A stretch of 64,000 bases of DNA, from contig CM074808.1 of the NCBI GenBank assembly GCA_037447605.1, positions 868,001-932,000 on the forward strand. The letters run 5' to 3'. The notes under the pieces are model-generated. The model was not told the origin of the DNA, searched no databases, and was given only the letters and a program-made list of their open reading frames with translations. Below, one piece after another: positions 23,854 to 36,500 of this stretch. The translations under genes were made by a program, and so were the position numbers. This DNA comes from Zygnema circumcarinatum SAG 698-1b. Taxonomy: Eukaryota; Plantae; Zygnematophyceae. Position 1 is the stretch's first letter, and every line of letters begins with the position of its first letter.

Positions 23854-26800
23854 ATGGCGGGGGGCAACTCGACGTGTACGTCACGGAAGGCCACGTCCAA
23901 TGGCGTCTTCAGCCACGAGTATCCGATAAATTATGCGGTTCCGCTTCTCACAATTCAGCTGTGTCTCATTATTATCGTTTCTCGGATCTTCTCCTTTTGT
24001 TTGAAGCCCATGCGGCAGCCGCGCGTTATTGCAGAGATTTTGGTAAGGCTCTGGTTATTTTCTCCGCAGTGATTGAGTTCTTCGGTCGGCCTGCTTGGTT
24101 GTCCAGGCGCTGGATGCAGGGCTGGTGCTTTTGTGCTTCTTGACTTTTGTTGTGTTAGTAACTTTTGTGTTGTTAGTAACGCTGAATCAGATGGTCCATT
24201 GAACTTCTTCGCTCTATAAAGGCTAGTGGGAACTAGCTGATTTTGGAACAATCAGGATATTCGTTGGGAAATCCCTTTGCTTTTTTTGTTTGATTATTGT
24301 TAGTAGCCACTTTCTTATCAGTTATTTTCTCGGCTCGCTACCTGAGAGGTGAAGGTGTTTCCAATGCATTTTTCAGGCAGTATAGCTGTTCGTACCTTTG
24401 CAGTTTTTTTACCAGCTGGCTAGTACAACTAGTAATTCACCTTGCAAGAGATTAATCCCCTTACAACAGAAAGGGGAACCTGAGCTTTGAAACTTTTTGC
24501 GAAGAGCCCTTCTGTTTCCTGGCCTCCTGTATTTGCCGGCCTTTGACTTTTTATTTTGAAGAAACTCGAAAGCATATAGATAGTGCTAGAGCAATTGCAG
24601 TGAATTTGGAATTAACGCGTATATGATTTGGCGTCTGTCTTTATGCGGATGCAGTTGTTTGATAAGGACTTCAGTGGTTTCTTGCACTGACGCTTTGTGG
24701 TGTGTTCGATATCATTGTCTACAGGGTGGAATTGTGCTCGGCGCCTCAGTTTTTGGAAAAATTCCTGGTTTCACAGACGACATTTTTCCAACTTCGAGCT
24801 TGACCGTGCTCACCAGTTTTGCAAATATAGGCTTGCTCTTTTTCCTTTTTATGGTGGGGCTGGAGCTAGATATTCGTTCCTTGGTGAAGACTGGGAAAGC
24901 TACTTTATTCATTGCGGTTGCTGGCATTTCCTTACCGTTTGGCATGGGTGTTGGAGCCTCCATCGTTATCCGGCATATTCTGGGCATTAAAAGTGAATTC
25001 TGGTCGTTTGTGGTTTTCATTGGAGTAGCGATGTCTATCACTGCCTTTCCAGTTTTGGCACGTATTCTTGCGGAGCGCAAGCTGCTTACTACCGATGTTG
25101 GGCAGATAGCCATGTCCGCAGCAGCTGTTAACGATGTAATGGCATGGATTCTGTTGGCTCTGGCTATTGCTCTTTCAGCCAAAAATGCTAGCCCAGCAGT
25201 GGTGGCGTACATCCTTCTATGCGGGATCGGGTTTGTAGTATTTATGTTCGTTGTTGTTCGGCCAATCATGGCCATGATTGGACGCCAAATCGTCGACAAT
25301 GAGCCAATGCCAGAGTGGATTGTCGCTGTAACCCTTGTTGGAGTTCTTGTTTCTGGCTTTTCCACCGATGCTATTGGGATTCACGGTATCTTTGGGGCAT
25401 TTATCTTTGGACTCGTCGTTCCAAAGGATGGACCATTTGCTTCAATCATTATTGAGAAGATAGAAGACATCACCAGCATTGTGCTCCTCCCTCTGTACTT
25501 TGCATCCAGCGGCCTGAGCGTAAAATTCGAATCAATGTCGACTAATTCGGTGGGTGTCGTTTTCCTCGTCATTGGGGTGGCCTGCGTCGGAAAGATAGGC
25601 GGCACCTTTTTCGCTGCACTTGCCAGCAAACTTCCTGTTCGAAAGTCTCTAGCGCTCGGCATTCTTATGAACACAAAGGGACTTGTGGAGCTAATTGTTC
25701 TCAATATTGGGCTTCAGAGAGAGGTTTGTACTCCATTCTTTGGCCGCTTTATCCCCTCCCCTCCCCAGCTTAGTAAAGCAAAAATGAAGCTTGACCTCCA
25801 CTTGCAGTACCTTTTAGGAACGTCCCGCTATGCTTTATCGTCTGGAAGTAAGGCAACTTTTTTCATTTTCCGTAATTTGACACAACTTGACTTCAAGGGT
25901 CAACGGGAATCGGCTTTGCTGAAATTTTGTTTCTGTAGTTTTTTTTCACATGGTTCTCAGTTAGCCTGAACATATCTAAAATATAGTGAAAGCGGCACGG
26001 CGGCTTTCCCGTTCTGAACTAGCACTTCAAACAGTTTTGCTACTCGCCCAGCTCCATAGACCTTGCTGGGTGCCGTACAAAATTTCTTCTACTCACTGAG
26101 AGGTGAATGCGTCCGGTGAATTTGCAGGTCATTAACCAGGAGCTGTACACAATTATGGTTATCATGGCACTGGTGACAACATTTATGACAACTCCTCTGG
26201 TTATGCTGCTTTATGAGCCTGCACGCGAAAGGGTTCCTTACACTCTCAAGACAGTGGAAGCGATGACGAAGGACGTGGGCTTGCGCGCGCTTGTCTGTGT
26301 GCATGGCATGAAGTCCATTCCACCAATGCTGAACTTGTTGGAACTCCTTCGTGGCACACGCAAACATCCTCTCAAAGCTTTCATGCTCCATCTTGTCGAA
26401 TATTCTGAGCGTTCCTCGGCCATCATGATGGTGAGTTTTCATTTCGAAAGAAGTTAGGCACCGCTTCAACTGCAAAAGGGTTTGTTTGAAAGGTTGAAAA
26501 TGAGGGGCTTTCAAAATCACCTTCCAGTATTCATATCTCGAATGTAAATTTGAAAGGTTGGAATTTTCTTCGCTTCTATAGTACTAGTCATGGGACATAC
26601 AGTATGGTCCCCTATGGTCTAGATTTCCAAACTTTAACAAGGGCTGACGTACAAAGACATATACTGTAATTCCGGAGTTGTCGTCACAGTAACCACTAAT
26701 GGCCTACTAAATGCAAGTGTGGTGGTGCAACTAAGCTCAAAGATGCTTTGTGGACTATCTCCAGGATACATGACTATGCCTAACTTAACATTATGTTTGG

Positions 26801-28415
26801 CCATGTTTTCAAAACTTGACATAGTGTGTTAAGTTTGGCTCGAGAGTGGTAGTCAAGAATTAAGAGATCGCATACCTTGTTCATCCCTTTAGAACATGTG
26901 GGATTTGTGCATTCATTTTTTTCGTCCTTTGTTAAAGCGCCTGAGATGTGGGTTGCAATGCGATAGAGTGAAGTGTATAAATATGGATCAAGTCAAGCCG
27001 GCTTATTGAAGTTGATGAAATGACTTTTTGTTTTTGTCTTGGCTGGGTTTCAGATCACACGTGTGCGCAGGGATGGAAAGCCCTTTTGGAGCAAAGAAGC
27101 TGAGAATGAGGGACGAGATCAAGTAGCAGTGGTATTCCAGGCATATGCACGCTTGAGCAAAGTGACAGTGGAGGCCATGACTGCCATCTCTCAGTTCTTC
27201 AACATGCACGAAGATGTGTGCAGCACTGCAGCTGACAAGCGCGCCAATCTGCTCATCATACCATATCACAAAGCTATGGTAAGCAATGGACTTCTCTTGG
27301 ATCGCGAAAAATCTGAGGCAAAAACTCTGTTTGCAACGTGTGTTTTCTTGCATATCCAATCTAGCCACATGAGTACAACCGCATTGCAGCTCTTTATCTA
27401 CCGACCCCGTGTCCTCCCTCTCCATTGTTCCCTCAGAATTCTTTCATGACCCTGCCCAAGCCATTGAGGGGAGGCTGATCTTTTTGACTGTGCTCCTTTT
27501 TTGATGCAGGACCTGGACGGGCGACTTGACCTTGGCAATCCGGGATTTCAGTCTGTGAACCGTCGTATTATGAAGGCTTCTCCCTGCTCTGTTGCAGTGC
27601 TTGTTGATCGGGGGTTGGGGGGTCCAACACAGGTTGCTCCGGGCTTGGTTGCACATCACATTGCGGTTCTCTTCTTTGGGGGGGCGGATGATCGTGAGGC
27701 ACTGGCCATAGCGCTGCGTATGGCAGAGCATCCAGGAGTTGCAGTCACAGTCTTTCAGTTCATCGCTAAGAACTTTGAAGACCTTGTGCTTGCTCTTGCA
27801 GCAAGAGGGTCAGAACAAGGGCAGGAGGTAGAAGGAGACTCTGTCCGTGGAGACTCTCTTCGTGGTCGCTCAACTCCGTTCCGAATACCGACTGCTCTTG
27901 ACTTTGATCAGGAGGCTCACTTAGATGCTATCGCTTTGTCAGCTTTAAGGAAGAATGAACGATTCATTTCAGTTCTTGGAAGTGACGAGCGTGCTCAAGG
28001 GGCTGAGGAGGAGGTGGCAGAAAGGAGTACCGTGCCTGATGCCGAAGGCATAGTTCTTGAGGAACGAGAGGTGGACGATGCTTTATCTGCTGCTTTAGAA
28101 GTGGCGAGGGATCACTATGACATACTAATCGTTGGCCGAGGCCGACGACCAGCTCCTCTTGTAGCAGTGGCGACTGACGTACATGCAACGCCAATCTCAT
28201 CTCGTCAAACTGAAGCCTATCCAGGATTGGGCCCTGTAGGAGATGCTCTCGCATTTAGGGACGAGGAGGTCACGGCTTCCATCCTGGTGGTGCAGCAGCA
28301 TGATCCAACCCTAGTGAAGAAACCTCGAGCCAGTAGGCACAGTGCAGTAGAGACAGTGGAGCCAAAGAAGGAAGATGCTGAGAAGCTTCGTGAGGTACAC
28401 CATGAAATACCATAA
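23854..28415 (+). CDS. CHX: Cation/H+ exchanger, plant CPA2/CHX family; 5 exons
   Basis: Exons 23854-24042, 24725-25723, 26128-26430, 27054-27278, 27510-28415, all phase 0. Motifs: KPMRQPRVIAEILGGIVLG, FLFMVGLELD, SITAFPVLARILAERKLLTTDVG, AAAVND, GIHGIFGAFIFG, LLPLYFASSGL, MNTKGLVELIVLNIG. USP-like C-terminal domain with LFFGGADDREALA.A.RMAEHPGV. Confidence 0.96.
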
Positions 28416-30280
28416 GTCCTTAGGGAGTAAAACTGCACTTCTCCGCAATTCAGCATATTTGTTGGGCTGAAGCAAAGTACTACGGTGTTGGGGGGGATGA
28501 AAGTATCGAAACAGGATGGACTTGCCCATTGTGACCCAGTTGTGGAATAAGGGGCACTCAGAGGCTCGATTCACCCAGCATTGCGGGGCGTCGCAACTGC
28601 TCGAATATTGAGGGGGTCTTCTATTCGTGAATTTAAGCTTATTTGGGATGCCAGTTTCAGGATGAATAAAGGGGTTCAGGTGCCACTAGGCTGGCGAGAA
28701 GTATCACTGTTCTGCTGCAGGCAGACATAGTTCTTGGGAGGCATGCGGAATGGCGAAGGCAGTTTTTCTGTACTGTCCAGCATATCGGGTCCACCCAACT
28801 GTACAAGAACCCGTTAGTTTACTGCTTTGTATATTCATTAGCGATTTGCCTGAACTTGGGTAATGGCAAGTACGCGGCTTACGCAAAGTGTTGGGGGCTT
28901 AAGGAAGGAATGGCTTTCGAGAGAGGAATGCGTCTGATGCAGTAAGCGGGGTAGAGGGCTCGCAGCTCCGTTTCTTGTCTTACTTGTAGACTTTTATCAC
29001 ACAAGTGAAGTTCATAACTCCGTTCCTGTTATGAATTTTAGACATTTGTCACTTAAAAAAAGTTATTCCATTCGTTGTAAATTTTGTGCCCTTGTTGTTT
29101 TTCAAAAGAGTGGGCCTTCTGCCTTAGTCTGGCACAAGCGGCATATGTCGATTGATGATACAAAGCACACGCATGCATGTACCATGGCCATTGGATGCCA
29201 TCCGTACAGTACACTAGATGGACCAGACTTGAAAAATTTCCACCCAGCAAATTTCCAAATACAGTACCATGTTCTGAAATTTCCAGGCCCATTCCCGAAC
29301 CTGTTCGGCGCAAAATTGGAGGGCGGCGGCGGACTAAACGGCAACTACAACTAAACTAAGCGCTCGCGTGGCGCTGACGTGGCATGGAGTCTACCGTAAT
29401 GAGACAAGCCCTAAAACTGAGAACGGGTAACGGCGGAGGACAAGGAACGTCATAACTGGTTTTGTCGCATTCTGCGTCACGTGGGCCTTCTGGGCCGAAG
29501 CCGAAGGGCACTTGACGATCTGTGTCCCCTCGCAGGACCGACCGTACTGTTATACCGTATCATTCCGTACATCCCATTGAAATTGAGAAACTGAACAAAT
29601 TTTACTTTTTGGATTTGGGCACGATCTCATAGTCCAACTTTCTTCAACTTTTGCTGACGCGGTCCAACTTTGCTGACGCAGTCTCGCGCGTGCGGACGGT
29701 GACGTATTTGGAGAACCCCTCCCGAGTTCGGGTCTCGCCTTCGTACCCAAAATACAAAAATGGAATACCAATTAGAAGTCGACACGTGGCATACTACCGC
29801 GGGCACAGCTCCAATCCCTCCAGAATATCGTTTGCACGATACAGTACGTGCGAAGATATCTACTATGCGATATTACACGATACGATATGCCCTAATGGCA
29901 TGTCCGCCGTCCGAGCCGCACTTGGGGGCGTCCGTACGGTACGAAAACAAACAGTGTTGTCCGTACGCTCCATCTTTCCGTACGGTCCGCTCCTTTTGGC
30001 CAGATCCCATCGACGGACGACTTTGCCAAACAGACGCCCTCGTGGCACTCAGCCAGTCAAGTTGATAGCAAGAATCAGTACAAGTGATACTATTGTATTA
30101 GGTATAAGTCGTTTGCAGAGTACCCGGTTGTTGTTGCGAGCGAAAATCTGCAGCTGGTCAATCGCTTCCCTGATGGTGGGCGCTTCCTTTCCCTTTCCAG
30201 ACGCCTGGGAGCAGCTTCCTGCAAGGGCGCCATGGCCATGGCCGGGAGAAGCTTGCAGCTTCTGGCACTGGAGAGAAGTG

Positions 30281-30327
30281 GAGGAGGAGGAGGAGGTGGA
30301 GGAGGAGGAGGAGGAGGAGGAGGAGGA
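30281..30327 (+). repeat. (GAG)n trinucleotide microsatellite upstream of the kinase ATG
   Basis: About 15 GAG/GTG units. Confidence 0.9.
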
Positions 30328-30527
30328 TGAGGCATGCGATAAGAAGAGAACCATAGGATAGAGGGCGGGTTGGGGCGGGATATCCTGCTGGCAGTTATGA
30401 CGGGGAAGCAGGTGCAAGTGGCCGCCAGTTGTCGACCTGAACATGCTGTGGGGGTTCTCTTTTGAGGACTTCAAATATATTTACATAAAGGGAGGGATAG
30501 AATTGACGGGGCGTCTGCTCGGAAGCC

Positions 30528-33500
30528 ATGGCTCCCGTGCCCTTGTTGAGGAAGGGGGCTGTTATTGACAGGCGGTTTGAAGTTGAAAAGAAGATAGGCG
30601 AAGGAACTTTCAGTATCCACTTCTGGTTTTAATCTCAAATTCTTAGAAATATGGGAAGGTAACTGGTAAGTTTCGGTTGACGTTTAATTGCCGTTTCTGC
30701 GTATTGTTTCTGTTATTTTTGACTGAAAGCAACATATTCCTAGCCTTTGAAACTCCCGAAACTTCAGTAGGCTCTTATTTAGAACGCTGTATAGGGGCGA
30801 GAAGAATGTGTGCTCAGGGAATGCTGCCAGTGTATCTGGAAGAGTGGATTGGTAACTGGTCCTTAACTCATATCTCTAGGCGAAATTTATCGTGCTCGAG
30901 ACGCAGTCTCTGGCATGTTGGTGGCTGTTAAGGTAGAAAAGGAAGAAAGCGTCCTTAAATGGGAGAGCAACGTGCAGAAGCATCTTCAGGGTATGTCTTT
31001 GTGCGCCATTTATGACTTTGTCAGGTTTCACTCCTGAGAAACTAACCTGTTTGGCTTCTGTCGATTTTTATCATTCATATTGTTTATGTAACTATGACTA
31101 AAACATTCATTCGTTCATGGTTAAGCAATGCACCAATTGGCATAACGAATGTGACTCATAGGTAAGAATACGACAAAACGAATTCTTTGTCTTTGTCTTG
31201 ATAAGAGCCACGAGGTTTAAAGACGAGTTCCAGTGCCTATTCATATGTTGGCCTTTTTTTGGGTTATAATTCGGGAGTTTACGTAGCGGTGTATTTCCCA
31301 ATAACTTCGAAAAATAAGGAAGATGGTTCAAGAAGGATTTTGTACAAAATTTCGAAAAGTTTCGTTCGTATGCATTTTTTATAAAACTTGCTGTGCAGTT
31401 AAAAGGGTTGCAGTCTGTGCAGCTGTAGATCATTTGAATTCAATGTTTTTTGCTAATGATAAGGTTCCAAACTCTGGGTTCTCCATGAGGTGCAGACTGC
31501 GAGTACATTTGTAGACATGTCCAATTCGGAATTTTTGAGGACCACAATTTCCTAATTATGGAATTACTAGGTGAAAGCCTGTCAGATTTAAGACGTAAAC
31601 AGCCTGGCGGGAAGTTTTCAATTGATACAAGTTTGCGACTTGGAATTCAGGTAGGCAGCTTCAACATATGAGCTGCAAGTTTGTATGACCACCAAAGGGC
31701 TTGCCAAAGCTTCTCGATTAGTCTTCATCTAGATTTGGGGCTGTGAATTCTGGCAGTGGGCTATTTGTCGGCAGGTATCCTTTCCGCCTAACTCATTTCT
31801 GGCATATCATTGCATGACAGTTGTTGATGGCTTTAAAGGGAATGCATGAACGAGGATATCTGCATCGAGACGTCAAACCTGTAAGTTGCTGCTCAATCTT
31901 CTCCACTGCAAACATGCTTCATTCTGAATTTGAGGACCGTACGGTGAATAAATTCCGTAGGTTGCTCGTACAGGACAAAAAGCATTAGCGTTGCCACGTT
32001 CCTTTCAACTTGTTGTGTTCTACGTCGATGCAAACGACGCTTATCCTATGCAACTTGTCCCAACCTTATTATGCTTCACAGCTGTTTGCGCTCTTTTTGT
32101 TACTGTTAACTGAGTGGAGCTTTCAACGATGGCTTGAGGTCGGCAGTGTGCTATAGGAGCTGATTCTTTAGCCGTCTCTGTTTGATGCTGATAATGCATT
32201 TTGTTCAGAAAATTCTTTCTGTTTTTGAGACAGGCTGATATGATGCAATAGCTAATATGGAATCTATTCTCTTCAATTGAGTTTCACAGTCTTTCGCGTA
32301 AAACATTGCAATAATTCATGATCTGAATACATGCGATCTTTAATCTCATTCTCTTGTGTTGGTGCAACAGTCAAATTTTGCGATAGGATATGGCCCAAAA
32401 CATAGGCAGTGCTTTGTTATCGACTTTGGTCTATCAAAGCGGTATAAAAGCCACAGTGGGGAAGTTCATCAGCCTCGCAAGGTTGCAGATTTCCGTGGCT
32501 CATCCGTGTATGCCTCGGTCAATGCCCACCTGCTGAAGGTATGTGCATTTATGTGTTTCGACATCGTGTGGCTCTTTTCTCTAATTGTGTTTTCTTGTTT
32601 GGCCCCACTTTTGCAGTTGCTGGTTTCCTTATAAAGTTGATGAACTTGGCTTTGTTCACGTTTGCGTTGTAGATCACTTACCAAAGGGAAACTGTGGTCA
32701 GTTGTGGTGGGAGCGTGATTACGCTGCGGATCTCTTTCTGTCTTGTTGCCATTCTTGATGTCTATTGAAGGTAGTTCGTTCAAGGGATGCAAGTGGCAGT
32801 ACTAGTTTCTTAGCAGGACTTATGGCTATCAGCTGTCAGAAATGGAGCCACAAATGGTGTTACTTGCCGTGCTGCTTATGGGGGCTTTCGGTTTTTCGGC
32901 TTCTGCAGGAATTGGGACGGAGAGACGATTTATGGTCATTGTTTTTCGTAATTGTGGAATTCCTGGAAGGGGATATCCCATGGCGGGCAGTAAACGATAA
33001 GGTGAAGGACAATTCTTGGCTTAGGTGGTAGGCGAAGTTTCATCACAAGCTAATACCAAAATATCCATCAGATACATCCTTTTATCAAAATCACTGAGTT
33101 ATTCCAGTGAGCTTGCGGTCAGATATATTCGTTTTATGCTACAGTAACGGTCATGTATCCGACAGCTTGTATATGAATGCGGTTATCACGGACCATGAAT
33201 GAATGTGCTGGGGATTAGCAATCATAGTCCAAAGAAACTGTCATTCAACATATATGATTTCATGTTGTGCAGCTGCATTAATGCGAATTACTTCTATCAA
33301 ACTGATGACGACTGGTCATTATTTATTTCTTTGTTTATCTTTACCGGGGACACACATCAAACTGCATTGTTCATCAGCATATTGTGTAGCTAACCAGTTA
33401 CAATAATCGATTAGGATGATGCTGTCGAATTGCTCCGTGTGGGTCGTTGTAGAAAATTGTGGGACTCACTTTTTTCCGTGCACTTCACTTGCTGTACTGT

Positions 33501-36500
33501 GGTGATGGGTTATTTCTACAGGAGAAGGTGAAGCATATGAAACTCTATTATACGAAGAAGCCTCAAGAACTTTTTAGAACAATGGAGCTACCTGACGAGT
33601 TGTTGGTGAGCAACTCCTCCCTCCGTGAACACTCGAGTTGTCTGCATATGACTCTGGTCGATGCCAATCGTTTCTATTTTGATTTCTGTTTAGAATTATT
33701 AACGCCATCCTGGTCACGGTTTGTGTCGGGTAGTTTTTTATCAAACACCTGCAATCACTGGAGTTTGCCGATGCGCCGAATTATGATCACTTGATACAAC
33801 TATTGGAAGCGTTCCGCACTCGCTTGGGACTCAAGGTACGGTGCGCCTGAATAAATTTTCACTTGAGCATGCTATTAATTTATTTCTGATTTCACTAGTA
33901 TTTATTTTCTCTAAAGCTGAGAATCTTGTGAGGCACTGCAGCAATGTTCTCGCTGAAGTTGACGAGGTTGGTTGTCTGCGACAGGATGACCTGCCGTATG
34001 ATTGGGAAACTTTAAATGCAGACATTTCTACCACAAGTTCGAGGTGTGTTGGACTTTGAATTTTTTTTGCTATGGCATTCTGAAGCAAGGGAACGGTGAA
34101 TGTGTTCTGTTCACTTGCTTGAACATCGAAAAGAGAGGATGGGGGAGGGTGTGTGGGGAGAGGGGGAAGGAAGGGGGGGGAACTGAAACTGAAAGAGCTG
34201 AAGTATGCTGGCACTATGGTTGAATGCAGGCATCAAATAAATGATCATGGACCAAGTCTGTATCAGCGAACAATGGGGAAGCCTGACCTTCCGGGCCTTA
34301 CCGTGTGTTCAAGCAATTCTCCCAACATTGGCAGCAATGTCGAGGAGTCAAAAGAACCTGCAATTTCAACAACAAAGCATAACGAACTTCAAAGCCCTGG
34401 AAGGGGAGCTACTGCTCATCAACAACAGTACTCTGTAGGAGCTGATGCATGCCTACCTAATGGTCCATCCCAGTCAGCTTGCTCGCCAGAAGTAGGCAGA
34501 TACGCTGTCTCGCAGCTACAGAACCCTATTATACGTTGTGCATCTTTAGCCAGAGACATAAACAAAGATGAAGCTTCACGAGAGTTTACAGATGAGCAGA
34601 GAAAGAGACCTTTAACATGGGATAGTACTCCCTCCCCCCGTCCCCCTAGGAAAGACGAGGAGGGAGTTCCCTGCTACCAGCGAGACAATGATTCAGACAA
34701 GGGGAGCAGAGAAAGAGTAAACTATCATACTTACGATAGAGGGATAAGACGAGATCGGCGCTTGGCTTATGATTATCACGCTGAGCGCATAACAGATAAT
34801 AGGACAAATCCTCGCAGTAATGATCGAAGTGATCGTCCTGGGCCACCTTTCTCCAGCTTTGGAGAGAGGAAGAGGGATAGGCGACTTTGTATCGAGGTGC
34901 TCGAAAATGGTGAATGCAAACGAAGTCAATGTGATTCTGCACATCCATTAAGGTAAATGGAAAACTCTTTACCTGCCGCAGGGAGTACCCTTTTATCAAC
35001 AGCTAGCTGAAAGATGACAGGAAAGGGAGGAGTTCGAATGAGCTGCGTTTGGTCTGTCTCCATGGGGAACAGTTAAGTAGAGTATATCTCTATCTCAGCG
35101 ACATTTAAGTTAAGTTTAAGTTGCCAAGGAATAGCTCACTAATTATTCTGTAACGACGGAGGGTTTCCCCAATTTCTTGAGTATTTGGTGAAAAAAGCAG
35201 TGTTCTCGATTGTTTGCCTTCGGTATTGTATGAGTGTCTTGTACCTACTGCAAAAAAAAGGGGTAATCACCTTGTTTGAAAGTAGCTGATAGGGAATCTA
35301 TGCACTTGGTTCAGAAGTATAGGCGCTATGAGGAGAATCATTTGCTTTGGGAGACGTTTGATGAATTTAACCCTGTATGTTGTTGACATCTTGCACGAGA
35401 GGAAAGACTTGTTTCCAACATGCAACAGCTATGACATCGGATATGTCTCGTCTACTGCTTGCCCCAGCTTTGTGATAAAGCTGTTACCACTGACTTCAGG
35501 AACTATCGAGGCTAATCTTCCTTCAACTTTAGTTTGTCATTGATCTCGGGAGACTTTTGACTTGTGTGTGCAGAATGACAGGGGAGGTGGCGACAACACT
35601 TTGTTTGGACTTTGTGAATGGATGCTGCCCTTATGCAAGCAGAGCATGCAGCAAGTATCACTGGTTGACTGAAGAGGTGATTCGCCATCTCTTGCCTGTT
35701 TGGAGTGAAGCCTGAGAGGGGGAGCGGATTGTTTGCACCTTCCATGGTCTGTAGATTTCTGACAAATGCCAAGAGCTGTTAGGTTAGGTCGAGCTATTCT
35801 GTCTTTACGGTCTTTCTCGATAGCTAGGATCAATAACAACCATGTTGGCTATCGTCCTTCCTATAGAGTGTCTGGGAGTTTGTTTGTTGAAAAATACTCA
35901 AAAGGTGTGCAAGGCTTGCATAGACACTGTGATGGCTTTGGAGCCTATTGTAATTGCTTTGAAGCAATCATTTAGCATATTTGTTGTTGTTTACGCCATT
36001 GCAATGCGCTACTGTGGCTTTACGACAGGCTGCTTGTTAGAGTCCATAATATGAGCATGCTCTCCAGTTGTAGACCTTCTCTTGCAAGAAAAAAGGAATT
36101 CTCCGTTTTCTAGCTGAAGGACTTGTAGCTTGATGGCTGAAATGCACCCTTGGACAGAAAGGTGCCACATGAACTTGCTTTTTTGCTGGATTGCCAAACT
36201 TATAGTAGTTTTTTGTGAATACGATTTAATGCTGAGTAATGTAATAGTTGCTTGTTTATCATCGAACTTCAATTGGCACTCTGTTTCTATTTGCTCAGAA
36301 TATTGGGTCATTTTAAAATGAGAATCTAAGATATGTGGCATGGTAGCAGGAAGAGACGTTTCGGAGGACGGGGCGGCTACCGGCAGAGGCTCGCTGTGAG
36401 AAGGATCAAAGCTGGCAACATCGATATAGTGATCGAGTGGGCAGTGTTGGAAAATCTCCAAGGAGGGATGCAAAGGGGGAACATAAGGGAGAAGTGTATG

